Shown: positions 1 to 10,166, numbered from the stretch's first letter. The stretch: 64,000 nt of DNA from an uncultured Gammaproteobacteria bacterium (GCA_964518565.1 CAZFGX010000001.1:524470-588469), one strand, 5' to 3'. Notes: generated by a model from the sequence alone, not told the origin. Made by a program: numbers and translations.

Positions 1-496
1 ACACGAAGGCAAATCTATTCGTTTCAAGGAAGATGATGTCCGCCCAACCGCCCGAGACACTATGGGTGTTCGCGGTATTGAATTAAAAGAAATTGACTAT
101 GTTGTAGGTCTCGAAGTCTTACCTTCCACCAAAGAAGCCCCCAAAGACGGCCGGCGCAAAGCATTTGAAGATGTTCTCATCGTGACCGAAAAAGGTCTCG
201 GTAAACGCACAGGCGTCAAAGAATGGCCACTTCAAAAACGTGGCGGCCAAGGTGTAAAAGCTGCTAGTCTGACCGACAAAACCGGCAAACTAGTCTCATG
301 TATGGCAGTCGACGAGACGATCGAACAAGTTGTTTTGACCAGTAAATCAGCTCAAATTATTAAGCTCCCACTCAAAAATATTCCCACTCTCGGTCGTGAT
401 ACTCAGGGAGTAATATTAATGCGATTTAGCGAAAAAAATGACGCTGTCGCCGCTGTAACCTATCTCGAAAAAGACACCCCAGTAAATGAAAAATAA
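1..496 (+). CDS. gyrA: DNA gyrase subunit A, C-terminal pinwheel (5'-partial)
   Basis: Frame open from window start (HEGKSIRFKEDDVRPTARDTMGVRGI); GyrA C-terminal repeats QKRGGQGV and LGRDTQGVILM. Confidence 0.93.
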   Translation, partial: HEGKSIRFKEDDVRPTARDTMGVRGIELKEIDYVVGLEVLPSTKEAPKDGRRKAFEDVLIVTEKGLGKRTGVKEWPLQKRGGQGVKAASLTDKTGKLVSCMAVDETIEQVVLTSKSAQIIKLPLKNIPTLGRDTQGVILMRFSEKNDAVAAVTYLEKDTPVNEK

Positions 497-1046
497 ATCT
501 GAAATTTGGGCAGATATAACAGCCCAAGTAGATACAATTACGGACGGATTAGGCATGCCCATCGACCCGAAGATCAAACCTCTTGTCATAGCCTTAAACG
601 CTTTAGATTTCCCTACAAACATGTCCTGTGAAGGCCATTTGCATCGCGGACAACCTACTCCATGGATATCTTTTGAATGCCTAACACAAAAAGAGATTGA
701 CCAAAAATACGAACAAAGAAAAATTAAATACGAAAATGCCAAAGCAAAAGATTCAAGGGAAGTTTGGCTAGAATTCCACAAATGGGACGAGGAGCAGCTT
801 CGACCAGTCAGAGTATTTGCGACAAGATTGTGCAAATTGCTAGAGGATTTTTATGTCGATTATCATCCACCATATCATGCAATGTTTGTCATATCACGCA
901 GCAGTTCCAGCTGTCGTATAGAGCCCATTGGGGATGATGAGCAATATATAACCAGTACTGAAGAAAAAGCCCAACGATTAAAATTATATCAACAGGAAGC
1001 ACAAAAATTAGCCGAATTTACCAAAAATAAATTTTTCAACTCTTAG
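486..1046 (+). CDS. Hypothetical protein with ID..I..L..ALN...T..SCEGH motif
   Basis: 186-aa ORF overlapping the gyrA stop; motif resembles a TYW3-like N-terminus. Confidence 0.75.
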   Translation: MKNKSEIWADITAQVDTITDGLGMPIDPKIKPLVIALNALDFPTNMSCEGHLHRGQPTPWISFECLTQKEIDQKYEQRKIKYENAKAKDSREVWLEFHKWDEEQLRPVRVFATRLCKLLEDFYVDYHPPYHAMFVISRSSSSCRIEPIGDDEQYITSTEEKAQRLKLYQQEAQKLAEFTKNKFFNS

Positions 1047-1105
1047 TTTTTAAATCGAAAATAAATCATTGACACACAGGTGGCAAAGGGGAGTAATATA
1101 GAACC

Positions 1106-1389
1106 ATGAAAAATAATTCAGCGATAGAAAAGAAACTTGAGAATCTCCAGCGAGCAATTAAACAACTGCATGATGAAAACTCTGAAGGGTTCAAAAATAT
1201 TAAGCAAAAATTCACAAATTTAGAACAATCATTTGAAGATTGGAAAAGTCAAATATATACATTAATCGACAATGGTTCGCTAAATCAGCCAAAGATCTAC
1301 AAGAAGAAACCGCTTTTTTAAATCAACAAAATATAGATATAAGAACTCGAGTTGAAAAACTTGAGGCTTCAGTATATAAAATAAACTAG
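1106..1389 (+). pseudogene. Coiled-coil hypothetical protein with apparent 1-nt frameshift near 1276
   Basis: ORF 1106-1321 stops early; the -1 frame from 1276 reads FAKSAKDLQEETAFLNQQNIDIRTRVEKLEASVYKIN* and ends 2 nt before the next ATG. Confidence 0.6.
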
Positions 1390-1391
1390 AA

Positions 1392-2135
1392 ATGAAACAG
1401 TCGCTTATTACCATCGCCGCGATTTTTGTCTTTGGTCTCGTATTCATTCACTTGATGCCCAGTATTCCCACTACCTCGACGGTTACCCAAAAACAAGATT
1501 TTTTGACTGTCTCCGGTGAAGGCAAGGTGACCACTATTCCAGATACCGCAATAGTGGAATTAGGAGTCAATATCAATCGCCCAACAGTCAAAGCAGCCCA
1601 AACCGAAGCCAACACTGCCATCAAAAAAATAACTGACGAAACCAAAAAACTGGGAGTAGAAGACAAAGATATTAAAACCAGCAATTATTCAGTCTATCCT
1701 CAATATGACTATACCGGTGGCAATCCTACTAGAATTACTGGCTATCAAGTAAATGTAAACCTGACTCTAAAAGTCCGCGATATAGAAAAAGTAAACAATA
1801 TTATCGATGCTGCTACTGCTCAAGGGGCAAATAGTGTCTCAGGAATCCAACTTACCGTCGATGACGCCAAACAAAAAGAACTTCGTCAAAGAGCTCGCGA
1901 CGAAGCAGTCAAAGAAGCCAAAGACAAAGCCGAAAGCTTAGCCCAAGCTGCTGGCATCAAACTCGGCCGTATTGTGAATATTCAAGAATCAGGACCTTCC
2001 TCAATCGTGCCGATGATGGCCAGAACAGTCATGAACGAAAAAGCTGGCATGGGTGGTGGCAGTGATCAGACACAAATTCAACCTGGATCAGCAGACATCA
2101 GTTCTTCAGTAACCCTCTACTACGAAACTCGCTAA
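1392..2135 (+). CDS. SIMPL (DUF541/BP26) domain exported protein
   Basis: N-terminal TM; TVSGEGKV..PDTA, IKTSNYSVYPQY, A..KAE.LA.AAG..LG.I motifs. Confidence 0.92.
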   Translation: MKQSLITIAAIFVFGLVFIHLMPSIPTTSTVTQKQDFLTVSGEGKVTTIPDTAIVELGVNINRPTVKAAQTEANTAIKKITDETKKLGVEDKDIKTSNYSVYPQYDYTGGNPTRITGYQVNVNLTLKVRDIEKVNNIIDAATAQGANSVSGIQLTVDDAKQKELRQRARDEAVKEAKDKAESLAQAAGIKLGRIVNIQESGPSSIVPMMARTVMNEKAGMGGGSDQTQIQPGSADISSSVTLYYETR

Positions 2136-2611
2136 ACTTTCATTTGTCTGCGTATAAAAGTCTGCAACCCTCCCAAACGTCGATATTCGACTAATACATC
2201 CTTAGGAATAGTTCCGACATTCCCTAATACTTTTCTGCAATTTTTTGCCCCACACAAACACTTCATTTCCCAATCTGAATCTTTGCCTACAGTAGTCGAA
2301 TAATCAAATACTATTTCTTCACCCGTAGAAATATCTCTCAATGCTATTAAATTCGCCGTTTCACACAATAAAGCATTTGGAGTACAGGAATGATTAAAGT
2401 ACACAAAAGGCTGATGCAAATCCAAATACATCCGATCACCGATTTGCAGCGGATCATCATTACGTTCTATTCCATGATCTATCCGTCGCCAAGCCTCTTC
2501 CTGATTCATAACCTCACCCACAAACGTCGTAATGATTTCACCCTTAGCAATATCGCGGGTGGTAAATATACCCTTACCTTTAATAGGAGATTCTTTGACT
2601 AGCAAACTCAT
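2132..2611 (-). CDS. SET-domain methyltransferase with post-SET cysteines
   Basis: SPIKGKGIF, FNHSCTPN, GEEIVFDY, CLCGAKNC. Confidence 0.93.
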   Translation of the reverse strand: MSLLVKESPIKGKGIFTTRDIAKGEIITTFVGEVMNQEEAWRRIDHGIERNDDPLQIGDRMYLDLHQPFVYFNHSCTPNALLCETANLIALRDISTGEEIVFDYSTTVGKDSDWEMKCLCGAKNCRKVLGNVGTIPKDVLVEYRRLGGLQTFIRRQMKV

Positions 2612-2616
2612 AAATA

Positions 2617-3651
2617 CTATCGGGGACTCGCCAACAAAAACTGTCGCTCTCGCATTCTATCTGGCAATCTACCGTACACACGTTTATAACAAATTGCCAC
2701 TAAAGTTTCCACAAATTCTTCATAAGTCCAACCCAATGCTTTAGCCGACAACCAGCATTCCACGTCCTCTCCATATGTTAAATCCGGCAATAAATTCATA
2801 TCAATAATATACGGCTTTCCCGCATCAGTAACTCGTACATCAAAACGAGCCACATCTCGGCATCCCAACAATCGATATGCTCGTTTTACCAACCTATCTA
2901 CAGACCGTTCTACATCTTTAGGTATATCGACTGGACATTCAACTCGACTATCCCAATACTCCCAGCTAGTTTTTTTCCACTTTGCTTCATAGGTAAACAC
3001 ACTCCAATTATCATCAAATTCACCACCGAAGCCAATTTCACAGTAGGGGAGTACTGCCAAATGAGAGGCATTCCCCACAACTGTCACATGATACTCACGC
3101 CCTTCAATAAACTCTTCAGCCACCACATCTCCTGGACAATGAATTCGTAAATATGCCAATCGATCGGATAATTCTTGTTCATCAATGACCACTGAGTCTT
3201 GTGAAATACCGACACTCGCATGTTCACCTGAAGGCTTCAAAATTAATGGGTACTGCATACTCCGCAAGGCGTGTACCTGTTTACGTAAAATACGAAAATG
3301 AGGCGTTGGCAATCCTGCATCAGCCAAGCGTCTTTTCATTTTCGCCTTACTCAAGCTATACAAAAAACTGCGACGATCAATACCAAACTGGGTTCTACCC
3401 AGATGTTCCATTGCCGAGAAAACCTTGCCCCACAATTTCCATCCGTCGTCTTCAATATAGTTTATTACTACATCCCCAGGTTGTTTCAACGCTTGACGCC
3501 AATTTCGTGACGTTACTTGAAACAACTGCACAATATGCCCACATGTTCGCAAAGCTGTAGATATTTGCATTGCGGCATCGATCGTATCTTGTTCAAAGTC
3601 AGTGTATAAAACCAAAACACGAATAGGATAATCAAATGATAATGGTGTCAT
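2617..3651 (-). CDS. D-Ala-D-Ala ligase-like ATP-grasp protein
   Basis: YPLILKPSGEHASVGISQDSVV, EEFIEGRE, TYEAKW, ARFDVR. Confidence 0.88.
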   Translation of the reverse strand: MTPLSFDYPIRVLVLYTDFEQDTIDAAMQISTALRTCGHIVQLFQVTSRNWRQALKQPGDVVINYIEDDGWKLWGKVFSAMEHLGRTQFGIDRRSFLYSLSKAKMKRRLADAGLPTPHFRILRKQVHALRSMQYPLILKPSGEHASVGISQDSVVIDEQELSDRLAYLRIHCPGDVVAEEFIEGREYHVTVVGNASHLAVLPYCEIGFGGEFDDNWSVFTYEAKWKKTSWEYWDSRVECPVDIPKDVERSVDRLVKRAYRLLGCRDVARFDVRVTDAGKPYIIDMNLLPDLTYGEDVECWLSAKALGWTYEEFVETLVAICYKRVYGRLPDRMRERQFLLASPR

Positions 3652-4619
3652 AAAGCGTTTTGTATTACTCCAGAAATAAAATCTGCATAGCCCATACCTG
3701 CCAATTCACACGAATGGGTTAGTCCACCATCTTCATCCCAACCCACACCAGGATTATTGTTTATTTCCAAAACATATATCTGACCATTTTGAATTCGCAT
3801 ATCAATCCTGGGATAGCTTCGTCCGCCCAACCAGCGATAACACTCTACAGCCACCTGTTTCATTTTGTCCTGCACAGCTTTATCTAACACATCATCTTGC
3901 CATTGCGTCATATTTGCTTCCCAGCTATCAGACTTCCACTTAGCATCATAAGTCATAATCGGCACATAATGTTCCTTTTTTTCGTAACCAAAAATTGCTG
4001 GTGGCAAGGCTACTGGTTCACCTTGCTGTTCAATAACCGTCACAAATCCTTCCAAACCATCAATAAATGTCTCCGCAATCACCGGCTGATCAAACCTTCG
4101 CACTAAAATATCCGCTTTCCCCAACAAATCATCAGGTTTATTCACCACACTCTCTTGGGTTATACCGATTCCACAATGTTCATATGCTGGCTTCAAAATT
4201 ACTGGAAAATCCAACTTACCACCTCGCTCATCTCCACCACCAAACACACGCCATCCAGCAGTTGGAATATGATGTTTTTCAAATAGTTTTTTCATTAATA
4301 CTTTATTACTTGAGACCTCGTACCCCCACGAACCAGAACCAGTAAAACGAATTCCGGCAGATTCTAAAGTTTCGAGCACTGCTACTCCATGCTTCCAATC
4401 CTTGCCAGTCCATTCCACTAAATTAAATACCAAATCACAACTTAAACTACCCAGAATGCTTATATCAAACATTCCAATACCCTTCATTTCAACCCGATGA
4501 CCTAGTTGCTCCAATACCGACTTTACCTGTAAAGCAGACTGCATAGTATCATCATCAGACTCTGAAATATTTTTCGTTGAAGATGATCCAATTTGATTAT
4601 ATAAAACTACAATATACAT
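3648..4619 (-). CDS. D-Ala-D-Ala ligase-like ATP-grasp protein
   Basis: DLVFNLVE, FTGSG, FPVILKPAYEHCGIGI, TYDAKW, RIDMR, LEINNNPG; alternative GTG start at 4625. Confidence 0.9.
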   Translation of the reverse strand: MYIVVLYNQIGSSSTKNISESDDDTMQSALQVKSVLEQLGHRVEMKGIGMFDISILGSLSCDLVFNLVEWTGKDWKHGVAVLETLESAGIRFTGSGSWGYEVSSNKVLMKKLFEKHHIPTAGWRVFGGGDERGGKLDFPVILKPAYEHCGIGITQESVVNKPDDLLGKADILVRRFDQPVIAETFIDGLEGFVTVIEQQGEPVALPPAIFGYEKKEHYVPIMTYDAKWKSDSWEANMTQWQDDVLDKAVQDKMKQVAVECYRWLGGRSYPRIDMRIQNGQIYVLEINNNPGVGWDEDGGLTHSCELAGMGYADFISGVIQNAL

Positions 4620-4705
4620 GTACACATCAATTCAAAAGACATCACTAAACCTTGTCAAGTATTTATTTGCCTTACTACAGCCCAAAAACCACTATATTAC
4701 CCTCA

Positions 4706-6457
4706 CTAAAAGATTATACGTGCGCCACCCAAATCTGGGTAATCAAATTCATGAAATTTATGTATTGAACCAATCATAATTTTGTTTTTGTGAACTTTAA
4801 ATTTTTTCACTGCATTTTCAATTGCTTGTGGTCCAAATGGCTCATCCTCATAATAATATTCCAAGTTGAGATGGGGGAATACGCCAGCTTTTTCCAAGAC
4901 TGGTATTGCTTGCTTTATTTCTTCATATCGCTGGATATCATCCTTGCCATCATGATTTCGACAATGAACAAAAACGATATTGCGAGTTTTTTCATTCCAA
5001 TTGATATATTTCAAGATAGAGTACAGCCGATCTACATGATTAATAAATACTACGATCTTTCCATCAATAGTGTTTTTAAAACGTTTTTGAATAAAGCTAT
5101 GCAGTGGTGTGCCTCGAGTCAAGCGTAACAATGCCCGCAAAGTATAATCTTCGTACACCACAGCCAAAGTGATAGCGACCGCTGGCAAAAAATACATCAA
5201 AAAGTAAACAATATTCATTTTGTCGATCAAAATATTCCCCACAATACCTACAACCGTGGCACAGAACGCAATAACCACCAATGGAATTGGTGCCTTATAA
5301 GTTCTTTTTAGTTCAGACCGATTTCCTCTCAATAATAAATTCCCAAACGCAAACAAACTCATTACGCTTAAGAATGCAATAGTATAAACCCCAGCCAAAG
5401 ACAAAATATTTCCCTTAGTCACCAGCAAAATTGAAGTGCACAAAACAAAAAATCCCAAAATAATCTTCCAATATGAACCTTTACTATTTTGGCCAGTCAA
5501 AAAATCAGGCAAGCAGGCATCAGCTGCCATACGATAGACCAATCCAGATACTCCTACATAAGAGGTCAAGACCGCTCCAGCCAAAACCATAAACGCATCT
5601 GCCACAATAAGTACCTGAAATATCGGTCCACCTAGTATCAAGGCTTCCCGTGCCAATAAAAATTCTTTTGCCTGATCAATAACTGCCAGAGGACTACTAT
5701 TCAAAGCCACCAATGCAATCAAGGGATTAAAAATAGCCACCCCCACCAGCATATTTCTCAAGGTTTTACGAAATACACCAGATTGCTGTTCTTCTACAAA
5801 ATTCGCACTACTTTCAAATCCTGAAACACCCAGCAGTGATGCCGCAAAACCAAAAAACAACATTTTCACCAAACCATCCTTACCAACCAATTCAGTCATT
5901 GTGTGAGAAATATTCTCCACAAAATAAGACTGAGATGTAAGCGCATATTTTGCCCCCATAATTAAAAACAAACTCAAACAAATTACATGAAAAATAAAAA
6001 TAAATAGCGCAACCTTAGCAGAGTCTTTCAATCCTGATATCACCAAAACCGCAAAAGCCAGAAGTAAAACAATCGTTACAGGGATAATCGGAATCTGAAT
6101 AAGAGTATGCACATATTCCACGGCTACAACGGCTGAAATAACTGCGGTCGCCACATATGACAATACGGTCGTTACACCTGCAATAGCTGCAATGGTTTTT
6201 GAGGTACTATTGAGCAAACAGTTATATGCTCCACCGTTTACTGGTAAAGCTTCTACAACCTCGGTATAGACAGATTTATAACAAAAAAGTACCACTGCAA
6301 TGACTGCCAATACCAAAGGGGCATACACACCCGCAAAAAGCGCCGCAATACCTGACACGTACAGTGCCGAACTCAAAATATCATTCCCACAAATCGCAGT
6401 GGCGAACCACTGACTCAACTTAACATGATGTGGTGGGTGTGAAGACGTTTTACCCAT
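4706..6457 (-). CDS. APC-family amino acid permease
   Basis: ATAICGNDILSSALY, NGGAYN, GFESSANFVEEQ; about 12 TM segments plus a soluble C-terminal domain. Confidence 0.9.
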   Translation of the reverse strand: MGKTSSHPPHHVKLSQWFATAICGNDILSSALYVSGIAALFAGVYAPLVLAVIAVVLFCYKSVYTEVVEALPVNGGAYNCLLNSTSKTIAAIAGVTTVLSYVATAVISAVVAVEYVHTLIQIPIIPVTIVLLLAFAVLVISGLKDSAKVALFIFIFHVICLSLFLIMGAKYALTSQSYFVENISHTMTELVGKDGLVKMLFFGFAASLLGVSGFESSANFVEEQQSGVFRKTLRNMLVGVAIFNPLIALVALNSSPLAVIDQAKEFLLAREALILGGPIFQVLIVADAFMVLAGAVLTSYVGVSGLVYRMAADACLPDFLTGQNSKGSYWKIILGFFVLCTSILLVTKGNILSLAGVYTIAFLSVMSLFAFGNLLLRGNRSELKRTYKAPIPLVVIAFCATVVGIVGNILIDKMNIVYFLMYFLPAVAITLAVVYEDYTLRALLRLTRGTPLHSFIQKRFKNTIDGKIVVFINHVDRLYSILKYINWNEKTRNIVFVHCRNHDGKDDIQRYEEIKQAIPVLEKAGVFPHLNLEYYYEDEPFGPQAIENAVKKFKVHKNKIMIGSIHKFHEFDYPDLGGARIIF

Positions 6458-6542
6458 ATATTCAAAAAAAATCGGCCAACGGGCAGATTGGCGCCACCTA
6501 ATTTTATGCCTAAATATTTTTTTTTACAAATAGGGGAGAGAG

Positions 6543-7511
6543 TTAATCTTTTAAAGCTGGATGAAATTTTCTATGTGTCTCTTCAGCATAGCGATCTGAT
6601 GCATGAACATAACGAGTTGTTGTATCTAACGATTCATGACCCAACAAAAGTTGTATCGCCGCCGGATTTGCACCATTTTCAGCTAAATATGTGGCAAATC
6701 CATGTCGCAGCGAATGAGCGGAAGTTGGGACATTGATCCGCAGTTTCTCACGATATTGTTTGATCTTCATCTGTAAATAATTGGTCGATATTCTTCGCGT
6801 AGTTTTGGAGGCATTATTCCCCCGCAGGGGGACAAACATTGCTGGACTGGAATCTGACCTAGTAGCTAAATATTTCTCTAAATGCTCAGTAGCTCGTGGT
6901 GTCAAATAAGCAAATCGTTCCTTTTTTCCTTTTCCACGTATGAAAAGTCTACCTGAGCCATCCAATTGAGTTCGATTTAATGACACCAACTCAGAAATAC
7001 GCATACCAGTAGAAAACAAGACTTCCAAAATCGCTCGATTTCGCAAACCCACAACCTGGTCAGGTTCAAATTCTACTGGCGATTCAACTAAACGTAACAA
7101 ATCACCAAGCTCAGCCACTTGTGCGTGCTTACGATCAGTCTTTACCATAGCAATAGCATCTGGCGGAATTGGCACCGGCTGGTCAATATCAATTAAATAA
7201 CGAAAATAGGTTCGCAATGCCGACAATACTCGGTTAACTGACCTAGGTTCCAGCTTATCAACCGCTGTAATCCCCGTAATCGGCCGTTTTCTATCCTTGC
7301 TGACTAAGTATGCCTTATAAAGGTTTAGGGACTGTTTATTTAGCTTGTAAAACTCTAAATTTTCCTCCTGTAAAAAATGTTCGAAAGTTTTTAAATCTGA
7401 TTCGTAGTTATACAAAGTTTCTTCGGAATAATTTTGGGTCTTTAGATAAAGCAAGAATTCATCCAAATAGGGCAAAAGGTTCAATCGAACAGATTCAGGC
7501 AGGGAAGTCAT
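6543..7511 (-). CDS. XerC/XerD-type tyrosine recombinase
   Basis: TGMRISEL, GKGKKER, HSLRHGFAT, LLGHESLDTTTRY catalytic set; N-terminal SAM-like domain. Confidence 0.93.
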   Translation of the reverse strand: MTSLPESVRLNLLPYLDEFLLYLKTQNYSEETLYNYESDLKTFEHFLQEENLEFYKLNKQSLNLYKAYLVSKDRKRPITGITAVDKLEPRSVNRVLSALRTYFRYLIDIDQPVPIPPDAIAMVKTDRKHAQVAELGDLLRLVESPVEFEPDQVVGLRNRAILEVLFSTGMRISELVSLNRTQLDGSGRLFIRGKGKKERFAYLTPRATEHLEKYLATRSDSSPAMFVPLRGNNASKTTRRISTNYLQMKIKQYREKLRINVPTSAHSLRHGFATYLAENGANPAAIQLLLGHESLDTTTRYVHASDRYAEETHRKFHPALKD

Positions 7512-7732
7512 AGCAAATATATATTGTAACTGGAAAAATCAAATTCAGGCACTTCTCCAGGTATACTAAATTGAGTCTAACAGATATTATACTCAGTTAT
7601 TAATTAAGGTCAATGAGTACATATTCTATACAGAGAACATAAACGCAAACAGTAAAAGAGAGCATCTCCCACAATCAACCATACTCTTCCATGCGTATAA
7701 ATGCTGTTTCTCAGGCCAAAAATGTCACATTC

Positions 7733-7799
7733 CTATCCATAGGTTATCCACATCAAACTGTATCATTTTGTGAAAATTTACATACCAGGCTGTGAAAAG
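7733..7799. promoter_or_regulatory. Cluster of DnaA-box-like 9-mers
   Basis: Perfect TTATCCACA 7744-7752; CTATCCATA 7733-7741; TGTGAAAAT 7769-7777; TGTGAAAAG 7791-7799. Confidence 0.5.
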
Positions 7800-7833
7800 T
7801 AACCTATAATATTCCCTCTCTACCCACCTTTTC

Positions 7834-8604
7834 TTACACTCCTCCCCCACTCGTCAGAAGCATTGTTACTAAAACTACCAGACTAATCAATGCATATTCC
7901 AAAATTGTTTTTGAAAACAACCGTTCAGTGAAATGATGCTGAGATATGCCCAAAAACACATACAGCATCGTACACAAAAATACCGAAGACACAGTAATAC
8001 TAATCGGCCAAAACGAAACTGACAAAGCAAGCAACCCTAGGCATACTGATTGCCAAAACGCATAAGCAAAAACTCGGCGTGTTAATACTGGTTCCAACCC
8101 AACCGACCAAATTCCTGGTAACAACAAGGCAAAACTACTTGCACTCACCCCTACTCCAACCAACCAAAACGGTAAACGAAATGACCACAAGGTACTAAAC
8201 AACAAAAAACCAGTCAAAATAGTCAACACATATTCCACTACCAAAGCCGCGCGCTGTAGAGCGATTGTACGTATTGCAGCCACAGAAAAAATGTTTGCAG
8301 ATAAAAATAACGCATATTGTGATATGACAAATACAATCAAAATTATTGCCTTAGCCCACCATGCTTCAGGCAACAAAACATAAAACAGGGACACTGAAAT
8401 AGAAAACAAGACTGGTGGCAGCGGGATGGTTAACCATTCAATTTTTTGCAATCCATCACGCAAAGACCATGCTACAAGTAACCACGTAAAAAGCGCCAAC
8501 AAGCCGGTTGCCGGATATTTCCATTCGAGTGGCAAAAATAACACCCAACCCATTGCCAAACCCAACAATAACGCTGATAAAACTAATTTTTGTCGCTTAC
8601 GCAT
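7834..8604 (-). CDS. Multi-pass membrane hypothetical protein
   Basis: About 8-9 hydrophobic segments; ATG 8604 overlaps the yebC stop. Confidence 0.8.
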   Translation of the reverse strand: MRKRQKLVLSALLLGLAMGWVLFLPLEWKYPATGLLALFTWLLVAWSLRDGLQKIEWLTIPLPPVLFSISVSLFYVLLPEAWWAKAIILIVFVISQYALFLSANIFSVAAIRTIALQRAALVVEYVLTILTGFLLFSTLWSFRLPFWLVGVGVSASSFALLLPGIWSVGLEPVLTRRVFAYAFWQSVCLGLLALSVSFWPISITVSSVFLCTMLYVFLGISQHHFTERLFSKTILEYALISLVVLVTMLLTSGGGV

Positions 8605-9331
8605 AATTTGTCCAAACCTTTTGGACGTCATCCAGATCAGACAGTTTGGTCAAAATAGATTCAATTCTCGTCTGCAATTCAGTATCTACCACTTCGACCA
8701 AGCTCAGTGGTTTCATAGACAGTTCTGCATCACTGACTGTATACCCTATAGCCTCAAGCCTATCCTTGACCGTAAATGTTTGATCCTTATCACAAAATGC
8801 TATCCAGCCCCCTTCTTGGTCATCTTCCAAATCTTCGATACCCGCCACATCAATAATCTCCAACTCCTGATCCTCTTGGCTCTTCGATCCATTACTCAAT
8901 CGAAATCTAACCTCCCCTTTCTGAGAAAACAAATAACTAACCGATCCAACACTTCCGATATTCCCTCCACTTTTCTCTATAGCCTCACGTACTGACTGCT
9001 GAGACCTCATTTTATTATCTGACAACGTACTAACCAATACCGCCGCCCCACCTGGCAAAAATCCTTCATACATTGCCTCATGCAACTCAGTTGCACCGGC
9101 ACCACTGGCGCGCTCAATGGCACGTTGGATATTTTCTTTAGGCATATTCACGGCTCGAGCCTTATCCACTGCCAACCGCAATTTAAAGTTAGATGCAGGA
9201 TCCGCAATACCTCCACCTTCACGAACAGCTACAGTAATAGCATAAGACAACTTCGTAAAAGCCGCTCCTCGCTTATTATCATTTTTCTCTTTTTGGCGAT
9301 GTATAGTCGCCCATTTTGAATGCCCGGACAT
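8597..9331 (-). CDS. yebC: YebC/PmpR family protein
   Basis: MSGHSKWATIHRQK, NFKLRLAVDKARAVNMPKENIQRAI, DDVQKVWTN. Confidence 0.96.
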   Translation of the reverse strand: MSGHSKWATIHRQKEKNDNKRGAAFTKLSYAITVAVREGGGIADPASNFKLRLAVDKARAVNMPKENIQRAIERASGAGATELHEAMYEGFLPGGAAVLVSTLSDNKMRSQQSVREAIEKSGGNIGSVGSVSYLFSQKGEVRFRLSNGSKSQEDQELEIIDVAGIEDLEDDQEGGWIAFCDKDQTFTVKDRLEAIGYTVSDAELSMKPLSLVEVVDTELQTRIESILTKLSDLDDVQKVWTNYA

Positions 9332-9404
9332 AGCATGATTCTATCAAAAAATATTGAATCTTGAATCTTGTGGAGTAATCGCTATACTTTCCCATGAACA
9401 AAAC

Positions 9405-10166
9405 ATGGACGAACAGACACTTTTAGCCATAAACGCCGCCACCAACCGGGACTGGAAAGCTGCCATTGCCGCCAATTTATCTATTCTGAAAAAGAATACC
9501 AAAGATATTGACGCCCTCAATCGCCTTGGTCGTGCCTATTTTGAAACTGGTCAAAAAACCAAAGCTGAAGAAATATACAAAAAAGTACTTCGTATCGACA
9601 AATTCAACACTATTGCCAGCAAAAATCTCAATCTACTTCACACATCCCGAGTTGCTCGAGGTAGTAGTGCACACATCAGCATGTCACCCCCTCCTGTTTT
9701 CTTAGAGGAACCAGGTATTACAAAATTAGTCACACTCACTCGCCTAGGAGATACAAAAATCATTTCTCGAATGCATCCCGGAGATGCGGTAAAAATCGCT
9801 GCCCGAGATCATTGTGTTGCCGTAACTTCTCAAGCCAATGAATATCTAGGCCGTCTCCCAGATGATCTGGCCTCAAGATTACTACCTCTCATAAGAGGTG
9901 GAAATACATACAGTGGCTGGATCCGCTCGCTCGAAAGTGGCTTAAAAATTTTTATCAAAGAAATGAGCAAGCATCCCAAACTAAAAAACACTGTCTCATT
10001 CCCTATCACTGAACGACTGTCTTATGCAGCATTTACTCCACCAGAACTAGTTCACACTGAAAAACCTGATATTACAGGCGTCGAAGAACAAGAAGAATAT
10101 TTAGCTCGCGACGATGAACCAGATAATGACGACTCAGCTCCACAACTCATAGAAACCAATAACTAA
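9405..10166 (+). CDS. TPR-repeat protein with C-terminal beta domain
   Basis: DALNRLGRAY...AEEIYKKVLRIDKFN TPR; FLEEPG; acidic tail. Confidence 0.8.
   Translation: MDEQTLLAINAATNRDWKAAIAANLSILKKNTKDIDALNRLGRAYFETGQKTKAEEIYKKVLRIDKFNTIASKNLNLLHTSRVARGSSAHISMSPPPVFLEEPGITKLVTLTRLGDTKIISRMHPGDAVKIAARDHCVAVTSQANEYLGRLPDDLASRLLPLIRGGNTYSGWIRSLESGLKIFIKEMSKHPKLKNTVSFPITERLSYAAFTPPELVHTEKPDITGVEEQEEYLARDDEPDNDDSAPQLIETNN

Noticed and set aside
6543-7833. Xer gene as a mobile-element or integron integrase; adjacent dif site
   Set aside because: It looks like a chromosomal XerC/D without the IntI insertion, its neighbours are housekeeping-type, and I found no convincing 28-bp dif-like site
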